From Bilabrum cf. latius (Eukaryota), in contig OZ237751.1 in NCBI GenBank assembly GCA_965178125.1, positions 1 to 64,000 on the forward strand: 64,000 bases of DNA. The letters are read 5' to 3'. Made by a program: the position numbers and the translations under genes. Numbering within the stretch: the stretch's first letter is position 1; the number at the start of each line of letters is the position of its first letter. Shown here in pieces: positions 1-11,500 of this stretch. Under the pieces are notes generated by a model that saw nothing but the letters and a program-made list of their open reading frames with translations, had not been told where the DNA came from and made no database searches.

Positions 1-671
1 ACCCATATCGGCGCCGCGCGGCCAGAACGGAACCTGGGGAACATTTGGCCCATGTTGTGCCCCCAGGCCGTCCCGATGCAGTTTGAACGGTCTTCATATC
101 ACCTGTAGTTGCCGAGATCGTAGCACGTCGTTTTTCGGTGTGAAATTCTTCATACACCCATATCGGCGCCGCGCGGCCAGAACGGAACCTGGGGAACATT
201 TGGCCCATGTTGTGCCCCCAGGCCGTCCCGATGCAGTTTGAACGGTCTTCATATCACCTGTAGTTGCCGAGATCGTAGCACGTCGTTTTTCGGTGTGAAA
301 TTCTTCATACACCCATATCGGCGCCGCGCGGCCAGAACGGAACCTGGGGAACATTTGGCCCATGTTGTGCCCCCAGGCCGTCCCGATGCAGTTTGAACGG
401 TCTTCATATCACCTGTAGTTGCCGAGATCGTAGCACGTCGTTTTTCGGTGTGAAATTCTTCATACACCCATATCGGCGCCGCGCGGCCAGAACGGAACCT
501 GGGGAACATTTGGCCCATGTTGTGCCCCCAGGCCGTCCCGATGCAGTTTGAACGGTCTTCATATCACCTGTAGTTGCCGAGATCGTAGCACGTCGTTTTT
601 CGGTGTGAAATTCTTCATACACCCATATCGGCGCCGCGCGGCCAGAACGGAACCTGGGGAACATTTGGCCC
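1..671. repeat. 155-bp tandem (satellite-like) array, ~4.3 near-identical copies, distal to the first telomeric tract
   Basis: The unit ACCCATATCGGCGCCGCGCGGCCAGAACGG...TTCTTCATAC recurs every 155 nt, and identical ORFs end at 94, 249 and 404. The last copy is cut at ...TTGGCCC directly into AACCCT repeats. Confidence 0.97.
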
Positions 672-1238
672 AACCCTAACCCTAACCCTAACCCTAACCC
701 TAACCCTAACCCTAACCCTAACCCTAACCCTAACCCTAACCCTAACCCTAACCCTAACCCTAACCCTAACCCTAACCCTAACCCTAACCCTAACCCTAAC
801 CCTAACCCTAACCCTAACCCTAACCCTAACCCTAACCCTAACCCTAACCCTAACCCTAACCCTAACCCTAACCCTAACCCTAACCCTAACCCTAACCCTA
901 ACCCTAACCCTAACCCTAACCCTAACCCTAACCCTAACCCTAACCCTAACCCTAACCCTAACCCTAACCCTAACCCTAACCCTAACCCTAACCCTAACCC
1001 TAACCCTAACCCTAACCCTAACCCTAACCCTAACCCTAACCCTAACCCTAACCCTAACCCTAACCCTAACCCTAACCCTAACCCTAACCCTAACCCTAAC
1101 CCTAACCCTAACCCTAACCCTAACCCTAACCCTAACCCTAACCCTAACCCTAACCCTAACCCTAACCCTAACCCTAACCCTAACCCTAACCCTAACCCTA
1201 ACCCTAACCCTAACCCCAACCCCTAACCTAAACCCTAA
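672..1238. repeat. Telomeric repeat tract (CCCTAA)n / (TTAGGG)n, ~94 units
   Basis: Perfect AACCCT repeats, with variant units (CCCCAA, CCCCTAA, CCTAAA) only at the right end, ~1211-1238. Confidence 0.99.
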
Positions 1239-1317
1239 TCTGGATTGAATATGCCTGAGGCTGCTGCACAGTGGACCATGGTGGCCACTAGCACATGCTT
1301 TGAATGGCCAACTCTTT

Positions 1318-2830
1318 GCCGGAACACATGCAATCGCTGCATTTCAAGTGTCGAATCGTATGTACACATCGCGGGGCACACAATGGTGTCTATACATATC
1401 GACTCCGGATCCACCCCATGGCGGGACACGGCCCTGACGGATTTCACTGACCCTGCGGAACCGCGGCGCCGCGGTACCTGACACCACCTGGTGTGTGTTC
1501 CCCGGGTGGCATGGACCCCGATACATCTTCTGCATCGAAAACAAAACATCAAACGCTCATCTGTAGACCTGGACACGCCCGAACGCATAGGTCGGATCTC
1601 CGACTGATTTTGGAGATCCGACCTGCGCAAAAAAGTCGGATGTCCTCCATATCTCGGCCGGAACACATGCAATCGCTGCGTTTCAAGTGTCGAATCGTAT
1701 GTACACATCGCGGGGCACACAATGGTGTCTATACATATCGACTCCGGATCCACCCCATGGAGGCACACGGCCCTGACGGATTTCACTGACCCTGCGGAAC
1801 CGCGGCGCCGCGGTACCTGACACCACCTGGTGTGTGTTCCTCGGGTGGCATGGACCCCGATACATCTTCTGCATCGAAAACCAAACATCAAACGCTCATC
1901 TGTAGACCTGGACACGCCCGAACGCATAGGTCGGATCTCCGACTGATTTTGGAGATCCGACCTGCGCAAAAAAGTCGGATGTCCTCCATATCTCGGCCGG
2001 AACACATGCAATCGCTGCGTTTCAAGTGTCGAATCGTATGTACACATCGCGGGGCACACAATGGTGTCTATACATATCGACTCCGGATCCACCCCATGGA
2101 GGCACACGGCCCTGACGGATTTCACTGACCCTGCGGAACCGCGGCGCCGCGGTACCTGACACCACCTGGTGTGTGTTCCTCGGGTGGCATGGACCCCGAT
2201 ACATCTTCTGCATCGAAAACCAAACATCAAACGCTCATCTGTAGACCTGGACACGCCCGAACGCATAGGTCGGATCTCCGACTGATTTTGGAGATCCGAC
2301 CTGCGCAAAAAAGTCGGATGTCCTCCATATCTCGGCCGGAACACATGCAATCGCTGCGTTTCAAGTGTCGAATCGTATGTACACATCGCGGGGCACACAA
2401 TGGTGTCTATACATATCGACTCCGGATCCACCCCATGGCGGCACACGGCCCTGACGGATTTCACTGACCCTGCGGAACCGCGGCGCCGCGGTACCTGACA
2501 CCACCTGGTGTGTGTTCCTCGGGTGGCATGGACCCCGATACATCTTCTGTATCGAAAACCAAACATCAAACGCTCATCTGTAGACCTGGACACGCCCGAA
2601 CGCATAGGTCGGATCTCCGACTGATTTTGGAGATCCGACCTGCGCAAAAAAGTCGGATGTCCTCCATATCTCGGCCGGAACACATGCAATCGCTGCGTTT
2701 CAAGTGTCGAATCGTATGTACACATCGCGGGGCACACAATGGTGTCTATACATATCGACTCCGGATCCACCCCATGGCGGCACACGGCCCTGACGGATTT
2801 CACTAACCCTGCGGAACCGCGGCGCCGCGG
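1318..2830. repeat. 339-bp tandem subtelomeric array, ~4.5 copies
   Basis: Period of 339 nt (near-identical ORFs start at 1493, 1832, 2171, 2510) with only a few substitutions between copies. Full units carry the palindrome ACCGCGGCGCCGCGGT and a 13-bp inverted repeat. Confidence 0.97.
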
Positions 2831-2966
2831 AGAGTTATGACCCGACTCGGAGTTGTAACCTAGGTTTTAAAGCATGCCCAATCAGAATATATGGGTCTTG
2901 TTCCCTGAACCGCGCTAGCGTAAAAGCCGAAAATGGCCGACCCTAAGTATAAGTTGACCCCCTGAT

Positions 2967-3272
2967 ACCCTAACCCTAACCCTAACCCTAACCCTAACCC
3001 TAACCCTAACCCTAACCCTAACCCTAACCCTAACCCTAACCCTAACCCTAACCCTAACCCTAACCCTAACCCTAACCCTAACCCTAACCCTAACCCTAAC
3101 CCTAACCCTAACCCTAACCCTAACCCTAACCCTAACCCTAACCCTAACCCTAACCCTAACCCTAACCCTAACCCTAACCCTAACCCTAACCCTAACCCTA
3201 ACCCTAACCCTAACCCTAACCCTAACCCTAACCCTAACCCTAACCCTAACCCCTAACCCTAACCCTAACCTA
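2967..3272. repeat. Second (interstitial) telomeric tract (CCCTAA)n, ~51 units
   Basis: Perfect ACCCTA repeats in the same orientation as the first tract, with variant units (CCCCTAA, CCTAGG) at the right end. Confidence 0.99.
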
Positions 3273-3273
3273 G

Positions 3274-3843
3274 GTGGGCTGTGGGTGCGACGGATGGGGC
3301 TGCGACTCATGTAGGGCATGGGGTCGGTGGGCTGTGGGTGCGACGGATGGGGCTGCGACTCATGTAGGGCATGGGGTCGGTGGGCTGTGGGTGCGACGGA
3401 TGGGGCTGCGACTCATGTAGGGCATGGGGTCGGTGGGCTGTGGGTGCGACGGATGGGGCTGCGACTCATGTAGGGCATGGGGTCGGTGGGCTGTGGGTGC
3501 GACGGATGGGGCTGCGACTCATGTAGGGCATGGGGTCGGTGGGCTGTGGGTGCGACGGATGGGGCTGCGACTCATGTAGGGCATGGGGTCGGTGGGCTGT
3601 GGGTGCGACGGATGGGGCTGCGACTCATGTAGGGCATGGGGTCGGTGGGCTGTGGGTGCGACGGATGGGGCTGCGACTCATGTAGGGCATGGGGTCGGTG
3701 GGCTGTGGGTGCGACGGATGGGGCTGCGACTCATGTAGGGCATGGGGTCGGTGGGCTGTGGGTGCGACGGATGGGGCTGCGACTCATGTAGGGCATGGGG
3801 TCGGTGGGCTGTGGGTGCGACGGATGGGGCTGCGACTCATGTA
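3274..3843. repeat. 53-bp G-rich minisatellite, ~10.7 identical copies
   Basis: Unit GTGGGCTGTGGGTGCGACGGATGGGGCTGCGACTCATGTAGGGCATGGGGTCG starts at 3274, 3327, 3380 and so on. Confidence 0.98.
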
Positions 3844-4157
3844 AGGCAGGGTCCCTAATGTCTGCCTTGGATAGTCTATTCTCCGAAGTAGACACTCTAC
3901 TTGAGAGTCCTGGATGTGCCATTGGAAGAATCTGGACACATAGGAGCTTCACTGCCGGGCACTCTTTGCTGCCGCCGCGAGGAACTTAGGGCTGTGGCAA
4001 CCGGCCACCACGTCCAAGCTAAATCGGGATGATCGTTTCCCCTCGGGTTTGAGGCTATTTAACCTGAGCGAAACCAGTTAGTTTATTTTTGGTGCTAGGC
4101 TTGCTTCATTTCAAGATGTTGCGCAACATGAACATCAGAGCAGATAAACAACCAAAA

Positions 4158-5365
4158 TCACCACGCAGCCAGGAAGAACAGCTTTAGCATGAGAGCCATG
4201 CCGAGCTGCATGAGGACAATGGATCCCATGAGGCCCTATCGTAGTGCCTGCTTGGCCTGCCTCGCCTCTGCACTCAAGCTCGAGTCGTCCACATCGGCGC
4301 CGGCTGCGCTGCCTGGAGTCCTCCCGTCAGAACCCGGAGCCCCCTGAGACACGCCCAGCAAAGGACCTAATACCCTCCATTCAAAGTGTCCTGCAGCACA
4401 ACCAGCCACTGTCACGGCCAGCCACTGCACCGCTGCGAAAGGCATAGTGCACAGCAGTGCAGCCAGCAGGTGCGTGGTCAGCGAGTATCCCTGCACGCAT
4501 ACGAGCAGCACTAGGGGGAGGGGGCGCCCTATGTACTGCAACACTGCCCATCCCGCGATCGGTATGACCGCGACGAAGCCCAAAGAGCAGGATAGAGCTG
4601 TCGTCACTCGGGCAAAGTCGTAGTGCCACAAGGAATCCCCTGACTGTGGCTCGAACGTGAACCACCCGCTCAAATTCGACGCCACTCCGACAGCAAACGC
4701 CAGTGTTAGTGATAACCAGAGTGGTCCATACAAATCTGGCCGGTCAGAAAACACGAATGGCACTGGCACTGTCGGTTCGTCTCCGCCTGCGTCTGCCAGA
4801 GCGCGCGCGCCTTCTCCATCCAGGAACGGGTTTCCGTCGGCCTACTCACGTTCGCTATCTGGTACCCCTCGTTCTGCAGCATCCGCTGAACTTTCACTAG
4901 AAGCGACTTGCTGCATTCCCGCTGAAACAGGTGGTCGGGCTGTCCTCGTGACCGTTTGCACTGGAAGGACCACGCACCGAAGTCGCTCCAATACGTCGAC
5001 AGTATCTACATTAAAATACTGCGGTATAATATAAGACACCAGGAGCACACAAACGGTGACAAAAGCTACAAGTAGCCCGGACGTGCCAAGTCGTGGGTGC
5101 TTACCGGCCTGTAGTATGCCGCACTCAGGCAGCCAAACCAGCCGGAGGGTGGTGCAGGGACCTAAGTACCATCTACACGTGTACTGCTTGCTACGGCTAC
5201 CGTTCCCCGTGGCGCGGATGCACCTTCAAGAGATGCAGGGGCAGATTCTTTGGCGTCGACGTCTGCCCAGCCTTCCAGGGCGAGCTCCTCTGCCGAGCCA
5301 TCGGCAGACACGGCTTTTGGGCTGCCTAAGTTTCGTAGGGACACATCCGTTAAGCCGGTGCTCAT
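4158..5365 (-). CDS. Yip1-domain Golgi membrane protein (YIPF1/YIPF2-like); exons 5365-5105 and 5018-4158; 3 in-frame TAG
   Basis: Splicing gives YYRP|YFNVDTVDVLERL, the YIPF1/2 N-terminal motif, followed by PDLYGPLWLSLTL and several transmembrane segments. TAGs at 5162, 4842 and 4236 are in frame. Reading through 4236 adds the final hydrophobic helix GLMGSIVLMQLGMALMLKLFFLAAW, then TGA. Confidence 0.9.
5019..5104 (-). other. Spliceosomal intron (86 nt, GTAAGC...CGCAG) in the YIPF gene
   Basis: Canonical GT-AG ends. Its removal joins two pieces of the conserved Yip1 motif in frame. Confidence 0.88.
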
Positions 5366-5549
5366 GACCAGTTCGAAATGAAAGGAAACCAATATCGGCG
5401 CAACTTCTCGCTTTTGGCACGCTACAAATTATTTGGAGCAAGGGCGTTGAAGTGCAACAGGGCGCAACAACACCGAATTCCGCTGCTCACAAGCGTCCAT
5501 TAAGTTCACAATTTGTTACATACTGACAAAACAAGTCATCAGTTGAAGT
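5366..5549. promoter_or_regulatory. Putative bidirectional promoter (184 bp between divergent ATGs)
   Basis: Head-to-head starts of the YIPF gene and the FN3/Kelch gene, separated by an AT-richer spacer. Inferred from geometry only. Confidence 0.5.
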
Positions 5550-8500
5550 ATGACATGTTCAACCTTCAGGTTGCTGGTTGTTTCGCTTGCAGTTTGGGCG
5601 GCATCAGCGCAGATTGCTATCCGTGAACTGTCTGCGAAGCTAGAATCTCTTACCGATCTTAGCAAGCATGTAATTCTCACATGGATACCACCTACGTGAG
5701 AATGCACGCATTCCTTACTTTGCCTTCACAGTCCCACTGGATCGAGCATGACTTTATTGGTTTGGCTGTTTCATTTACAATCGCAGTGATTCAAATTATA
5801 GAGTAGTGTCATACGATGTAGAGGTCCAACCGCTCGATGGAGTAACCCTCCCCGTGTTAAGCTCGCTGCCTTACGAAAACCAAGGCTCTAGCGATGCATT
5901 CGGTTGGTACCCGATATCAATGGAGGAAGATTTGGCCAGGAGCAGCGGGTATAGGCACGCCGAATCAGGCTTAATTGACGGTGGTTTTCATGCAAGCTTT
6001 GAAATCAGAGTGATAATTCCTCCTCAGAACGCTTCGGCCAGGTTCGCGCTTGCGCTTGACGCTACTGCCAAGCAAGGTGCAGGGTCTGCTGCTGCATCTG
6101 ACCCGCACGAGCGGTCTCAATCAATTTGGGTTGGCTCTGATACGAGCAATTCTGCCCTAAAGCGTGCAGTGGAGGGCTTGCAAGGTGTGTCGGAGGCCCG
6201 GGTCGAGTCGTACGATTGGAAGGAGCGGGTCGCGGGCGCCATGCTAGCCTCGTCAAGGTCTTGGCGCGTGACCCTCGCTTTCGATGAAGACTGGGGAGTG
6301 GGCGGACATGAGCCTGTCGGATCAGGAGATGTGTCCCTGGATGCTCCTCAGCTGCGGTTGGCTCGCACTGAGGGCTTCGCTGCAGTCGCTGGTGGCCCGC
6401 CGCCAGTCCTGGTCCGCAGGCTTCGAGCCTCTGCGCTGCCCGCCGATGCTGCCGCCCATCTTGGGGTGGCTCGACTTCTCTGTGGAGCAGGTGGGGTCAC
6501 TTCGTATGTGGACGCAAGGCTGGCCCGTCGCGCAACTGGAAATAGCTCTGGTGTGCTCGTTGGCCACCTGCCGCCCGACAGCCGCACCCACAGCACACAG
6601 TCCATGGATGACGAGTGCCTCCTTGCGGTGCCAGTGGCCGTCCTCGCGAGCGGTGCTCGGCACCTGTTTCGGGTCCGCGCCAGAGTGGCCGGCTTGCCCG
6701 GATCTATCGTGCGTTAGACGCATGATGGCAACGCAAGCATGCTAGGTGAGTGGAGCGCGCCGTCTGCCCCGGTAGCAGTTCCTGCCGCAAGGGCTGTGCC
6801 ACCCACGCCTACAGCGCCTCGATAGGTAGCCAGGACCTCAACCTCAGTGTCTCTAGTTGTTCACGTGGGGGGCTCAACCATTGCGGCGCTACGTGCAGTG
6901 GAGGCCAGGGCAGTGGCTGTCCGACAAGGGGTCACACCGGGGGAGGCAAGGCTGGTGCCGTCGTGGCTTGCTGGGGCAGCGGGGACACCTGCCAGCGTGG
7001 AGATATACATTCGAGATGTATCTGGCGATGGATCACGGCAATGGCGCGCGGTTAGTCCGGTTCCACTTCTAGAGACTGGATCAGTCGGGGCTGGTGCGAC
7101 AGCGAGAGTGGTCGTGCAGCCACTTCGCCCCTCAGCTTCCTTTGAGGCCAAGGCGAGGCTGGTCTCCCCCGTTGCAGGCAAGTCACATTGGTCTCAAGTA
7201 GTGCATAGGGTTCAAACAGACGCCTCTCTGCCTCCACCGCCAGTTGTGCTCTGGGACAGGCTGCCCGCGAGTGGCGCTGTTGTCATGCTTGACGACGGGT
7301 TGCCGCTCGTCTCAAGCACGACTGTGGGGTTGCGTTGGACCACGCCTTAGTCATGGACTGGATCCCATTCGCTTGTATTCGACATATAGGCAAGGTCTGT
7401 CGAGGACCTCTCTTGGCACTTGGTAGGTAGCGCTGTGAAGGGCACTGAGGTTGGTGCGTCATCGGAGCACGTTGGATTCGTCGGTGCGCGCCATTTGATC
7501 AAGTTGTCGAAAGACGCATCCGGGGGGTCTTTCCGCCTTGTTTTCCAAGGTATTGCACGATCTCTCGTTGCTGCCCAGCGTTCTGGTGCTGGAATCGGCT
7601 CCAGCAGCATGGCCAGGCTCAACTCGTCTAGCGTGCTGCAGCTGGACGATGCCTACCCAGGCGGAGCCGCAGGTGCATTTCCCGGCGGTTTGACAACAAG
7701 GCCTATTTCTTGGGATGCTGCCGCTGCCGAAGTTCAAGCGGCTGTGCGAGAAGCACTGCAGTAGGCTAGATCTGCGATTGTTCGAAGCCAGGGGCAGTCC
7801 GGTGCGACCTCCGAGAGGGCTTGGGCCGCCGGACCCTTGGCAGTAACTGTTTCAGAGGTTGGTTCGTCCGAGCTTGGCTTGAGTCAGCGGGGCTGGGCAC
7901 TTGAATGGCCGGCTGCAGCTGGACCAGTAGCTGCTCCCAATGCTGACCCAAGTGGGATCAAGTCAGATGTCGATTTGAACCCTGGCAAGCAACTCGTCCA
8001 AGTTAGCCAGGCACGCACATGGTCAGACGGGGCAAACGTTGATGATCAAGCGCTGGTCTAGCCTCGTCCACTTTTCCACAGAGTTGTAGGCCTTAGGCCA
8101 GGCATGACATACCGGTTCAGAGTTCGATCCAGAATCGGAACAGGAGCAAACGCTTTGGGCGACGCAGGCCCGTGGTCGAGTGTCGGCCCAGCAGTCCGTA
8201 CAGCATTCGCCGGTCTAGCTCAGGATGGAACCAGCCCTGCTGCCTCTTAGTCGGAGAGAGCCGGGGCGCCTGGATCGCCGGGGGTGGGTGGACTAGGAGC
8301 CTCAGAAGCAACCCTCGCTGCACTTCAGGCTTCGACTGTGGCTTCGTCGATTTTGGCGCAGTGGAAGCAGACACTCGTGAGGGAGCCAATGACTAGCGGT
8401 TCCAATGGGCTGACTGGAGTTCTTGCGGGAACTTTACCTGCCTCAATCGAAGCGGGGGTACTTGCCAGCGCCGCGGGGTGGATGCAGCAAGTGCAGCGCG

Positions 8501-11500
8501 GCGCACGCGCTACCGCGACTGCAGCCGGTTTAGGTAGCTGGCCACCGCAGCAGCTCCAACACGGATTCTAGAACTCTTCATCTTCGATAGCACTTTTGCA
8601 TGCCGTAGCTGAGGAAATGAGTGGAATGCAGCAGAGATCATCTTAGTCCAGGGACTTGGGCGGGTTTGTGGCAGTAGGGGCACCGTTACCTCCTGCGTCG
8701 CACGTCGTGCCCGCCGTTGGCAGCACACCTGGTATGTCTGGGTCTGGGTACCATGAACCTGGCATCGGTGGGGGTGGCCAGCAGGCAGGAGAGCGCGGTG
8801 GCCATGGGCTCGTTGTCATCCGTGCGCTCGGAAGCACTGGGCCACTGCGCCTTCCTCCAGTGGATGCTGTTGGCCAAGCAGCTACCAGCTCACGATCGCC
8901 GATGCGGTCGGCTGCATTTCGATTCATTCATGGCAACGGCGATTCCGGCCGCTTGAGCCTCGTTCAGTTGCCGAAAGGAACAGTATCTGTCGAGGTACGC
9001 GCGTGGGGTGCTGGCGGAGGTGCAGGCTGTGGTGCTGTTGGTGCAGGAGGCGGTGCAGCCTTTGCGTAGGGGGTCTTTGATGCGGGCGCTGGGGACATTA
9101 TTGCAGTTGCCGTGGGAGGTGGTGGTGGTGCATGCGAGGGAGGGCGAGGCGGATCAGGCGGCTGGGGCGGCGGCGGGCGTGGAGGCAACGGGAGGGATGG
9201 GGGTGGCGGCGGCGGCGGGGGTGCATCGTGGGTGTACATCACAGCTGGGAAGCACAGCACTGTCGACCAGTCTGCTGCATCACTTCAAGGAGACGCAAGC
9301 TCAACCGCTGGTCTGAATCAAGCAGCTGCTGCGGCTAATATTAACAGCGACTTCGTGCATGGCGGGTCTGCACGTCTGCTACTGGTTGCTGGAGGCGGAG
9401 GTGGGGGTGGCGCTGCCGATGTCTGTTGCAGTGCCGGCGGGGCTGGGGCCTCAGGCGAAGCTTGGTGGCTGAGCGAGGAGCCTGCTAGCGTGAGGCTCGG
9501 CGTAAGTGAGATGGACAAGGAGAGACTGGGGTCATTGGTTGCACCCGTAAGTGGACGAGCAGGAGGTGGAGGCAGCGTTGCTTCCTTCCAGGCTCTGTTT
9601 GGTGTATCGAATGGGGATTTGGGGCGCGTACTTCCTGCCGCTGACGCGCATCGGGGGCTTAATATTAGTGATGAATCCGGGCTATTGACACTCAACTATT
9701 CAGCAAGTGGCCTTGCTGCTGCTGCAGGGGAGGGAGGCAAGCTCGGTGCTGGTGGAGGCGGTGGAGTTGGACCACATGGTAGCCTTGACGGCGACGATGC
9801 ATCTCGTATTCTCGGCTCTGCGGGGTTTGATGGGCTCTTTGGGTTCGGCGGGTCTGGCGGAAGCGGTCATGACGGTGGTGGCGGAGGGGGCGGCGGCCTG
9901 TTTGGCGGTGGCGGCGGGGCTGCTGGGCTCGACGGAGCTGGTGGAGGAGGTGGGAGCACCTTCATAGCTGCAGACCAGACCGCTGCAGCATCCGGTGGCT
10001 CGCTTCCGGGCTCCATCCCGGGCCGTGTTCGTACTGCTCCACGGGTGTTAGCAGCGACAGCGGATGAAGTAATCATTGCATGGCCTGCTAGCGTGGATAG
10101 CTGGGATTTAGCGTCTCGAGACACTGCCGGCCGAGCACCGATGATGTATTCAATTGAAGCAGGCTCAGCAAGCCCGGCTTCTGATGCCGCATTGCGACAA
10201 ATATCGCATTCAGGGCTGGTGGCTGAGTTGAGTTCATCGGACGGTTGGGTGGAGATCGCACGCGGAGTGCCTGGCCTAGGCCATTTTTCTCAAGGCAGGA
10301 AGGGTTGGGTGTCTGCAAGGCTGCGGGGATTGCCCTTGGGATCCGAGGTTCGAGTTCGCGTGCGAGCTGCATCCCGCAGGTACGGGCTTGGCCCTCCTTC
10401 TCCTTCCACGACGCTGAGAGTTCCATTGCCTGCCACGAACGGCTGGCGCAGTATGCAGTCGCTGGCTCCGGGTGCACCTCGTATCGAACCATTTGCTAGT
10501 GAATAGAGCGAGACTGAGCCTGCGAGCGCCGCAGGTGCCCGGCCGCCACCTGTTTACGGTGCTTCGACTACGGTGGTACGAGGTCGCGTTTTCATGTTTG
10601 GGGGATTGTCAACTGGACGTGGGTGTAGTGCAGGAGGCCTGATGCAAGTATGCGCTTCGAAATCCGGGGCTTAGAACACTCTCTGGGTGCTAGATCCGCT
10701 AACACAAGCTTGGAGCACGGTAAGCGTGCTACCTGACCCCATCTACGGCATTCCAGCACCTCGTGTTGCGCATTCAGCGGCCGCGCCGGGAGGCGCGCTA
10801 CACATCTGGAGCGGACATGGCTCGCCGTACGATGGCAGCAACAAGCGATGGCTAAATGACATGTGGCGATTGGACATCGCTCCAGAAAGGACATACATGC
10901 CATCAGAATCTGGCGCGATGCAGGTGTGGGAAGTACCAGACGGGACCGGTAGCTTGGTTCTGCCTCTGATCGTTTCGACTGAAGCCGACTCTCGCCGCGT
11001 CCCAGATCCTGTGGCCGGAATGGCAGACTTCGACAGGGCTCGGTCTACGATCGTCCTACGATCTGTATCTGACCAGCTCAATGGTGAGCTGGATGCGGTT
11101 ACCTTGGCTGCCACGGGGGATGCAACAGCTGCTGGCCTGCCAGGTGGTGCAGCGTCTGAGTGGACTCGTGCAAGAGCAGCGGATGCTCAGGCCCAGGGTG
11201 AGTGCGTTGTGTCCGTGCAGGTATGGGTGGAGATGAGACATGCTTGTTTACGCGACCTAAGCATTAGCCTTGAAGGTCCACAGGGCATTCCTGCAAGGAC
11301 AGGCATGGCCGAACGTTGGGTCCATGGCACTGGGGCTTCAGCTGGAAGCCGTACCGGTTTCGGTGGAGCTGCTTCTTCGACAAGCAGATAGGTGGTGCCT
11401 CTGCTTGATGGATCACAGCTTGCGAAACAGGAGCGCAGCCAGTGCTTGCAGACTTTTACTGGTCATGGCAGTACATTAAATGCTTCGATGGCACCATATG

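Noticed and set aside
404-1219. 271-aa (GL)n ORF, and the (VR)n ORF at 2915-3319
   Set aside because: These are translations of telomeric hexamer repeats, with no evidence of real genes.
1235-2803. 522-aa minus-strand ORF running through the 339-bp array
   Set aside because: The unit length is a multiple of 3, so one stop-free frame propagates through every copy. There is no recognisable domain and it runs into the telomeric tract, so it is probably incidental.
1239-2966. Telomere-targeting retrotransposon between the two telomeric tracts
   Set aside because: No reverse transcriptase, endonuclease or gag ORF, and no poly(A) tail or LTR, is visible. There is only a tandem array with short unique flanks.
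1-3843. CRISPR array interpretation of the tandem repeats
   Set aside because: The units are head-to-tail identical with no unique spacers, there are no cas genes, and the context is eukaryotic.
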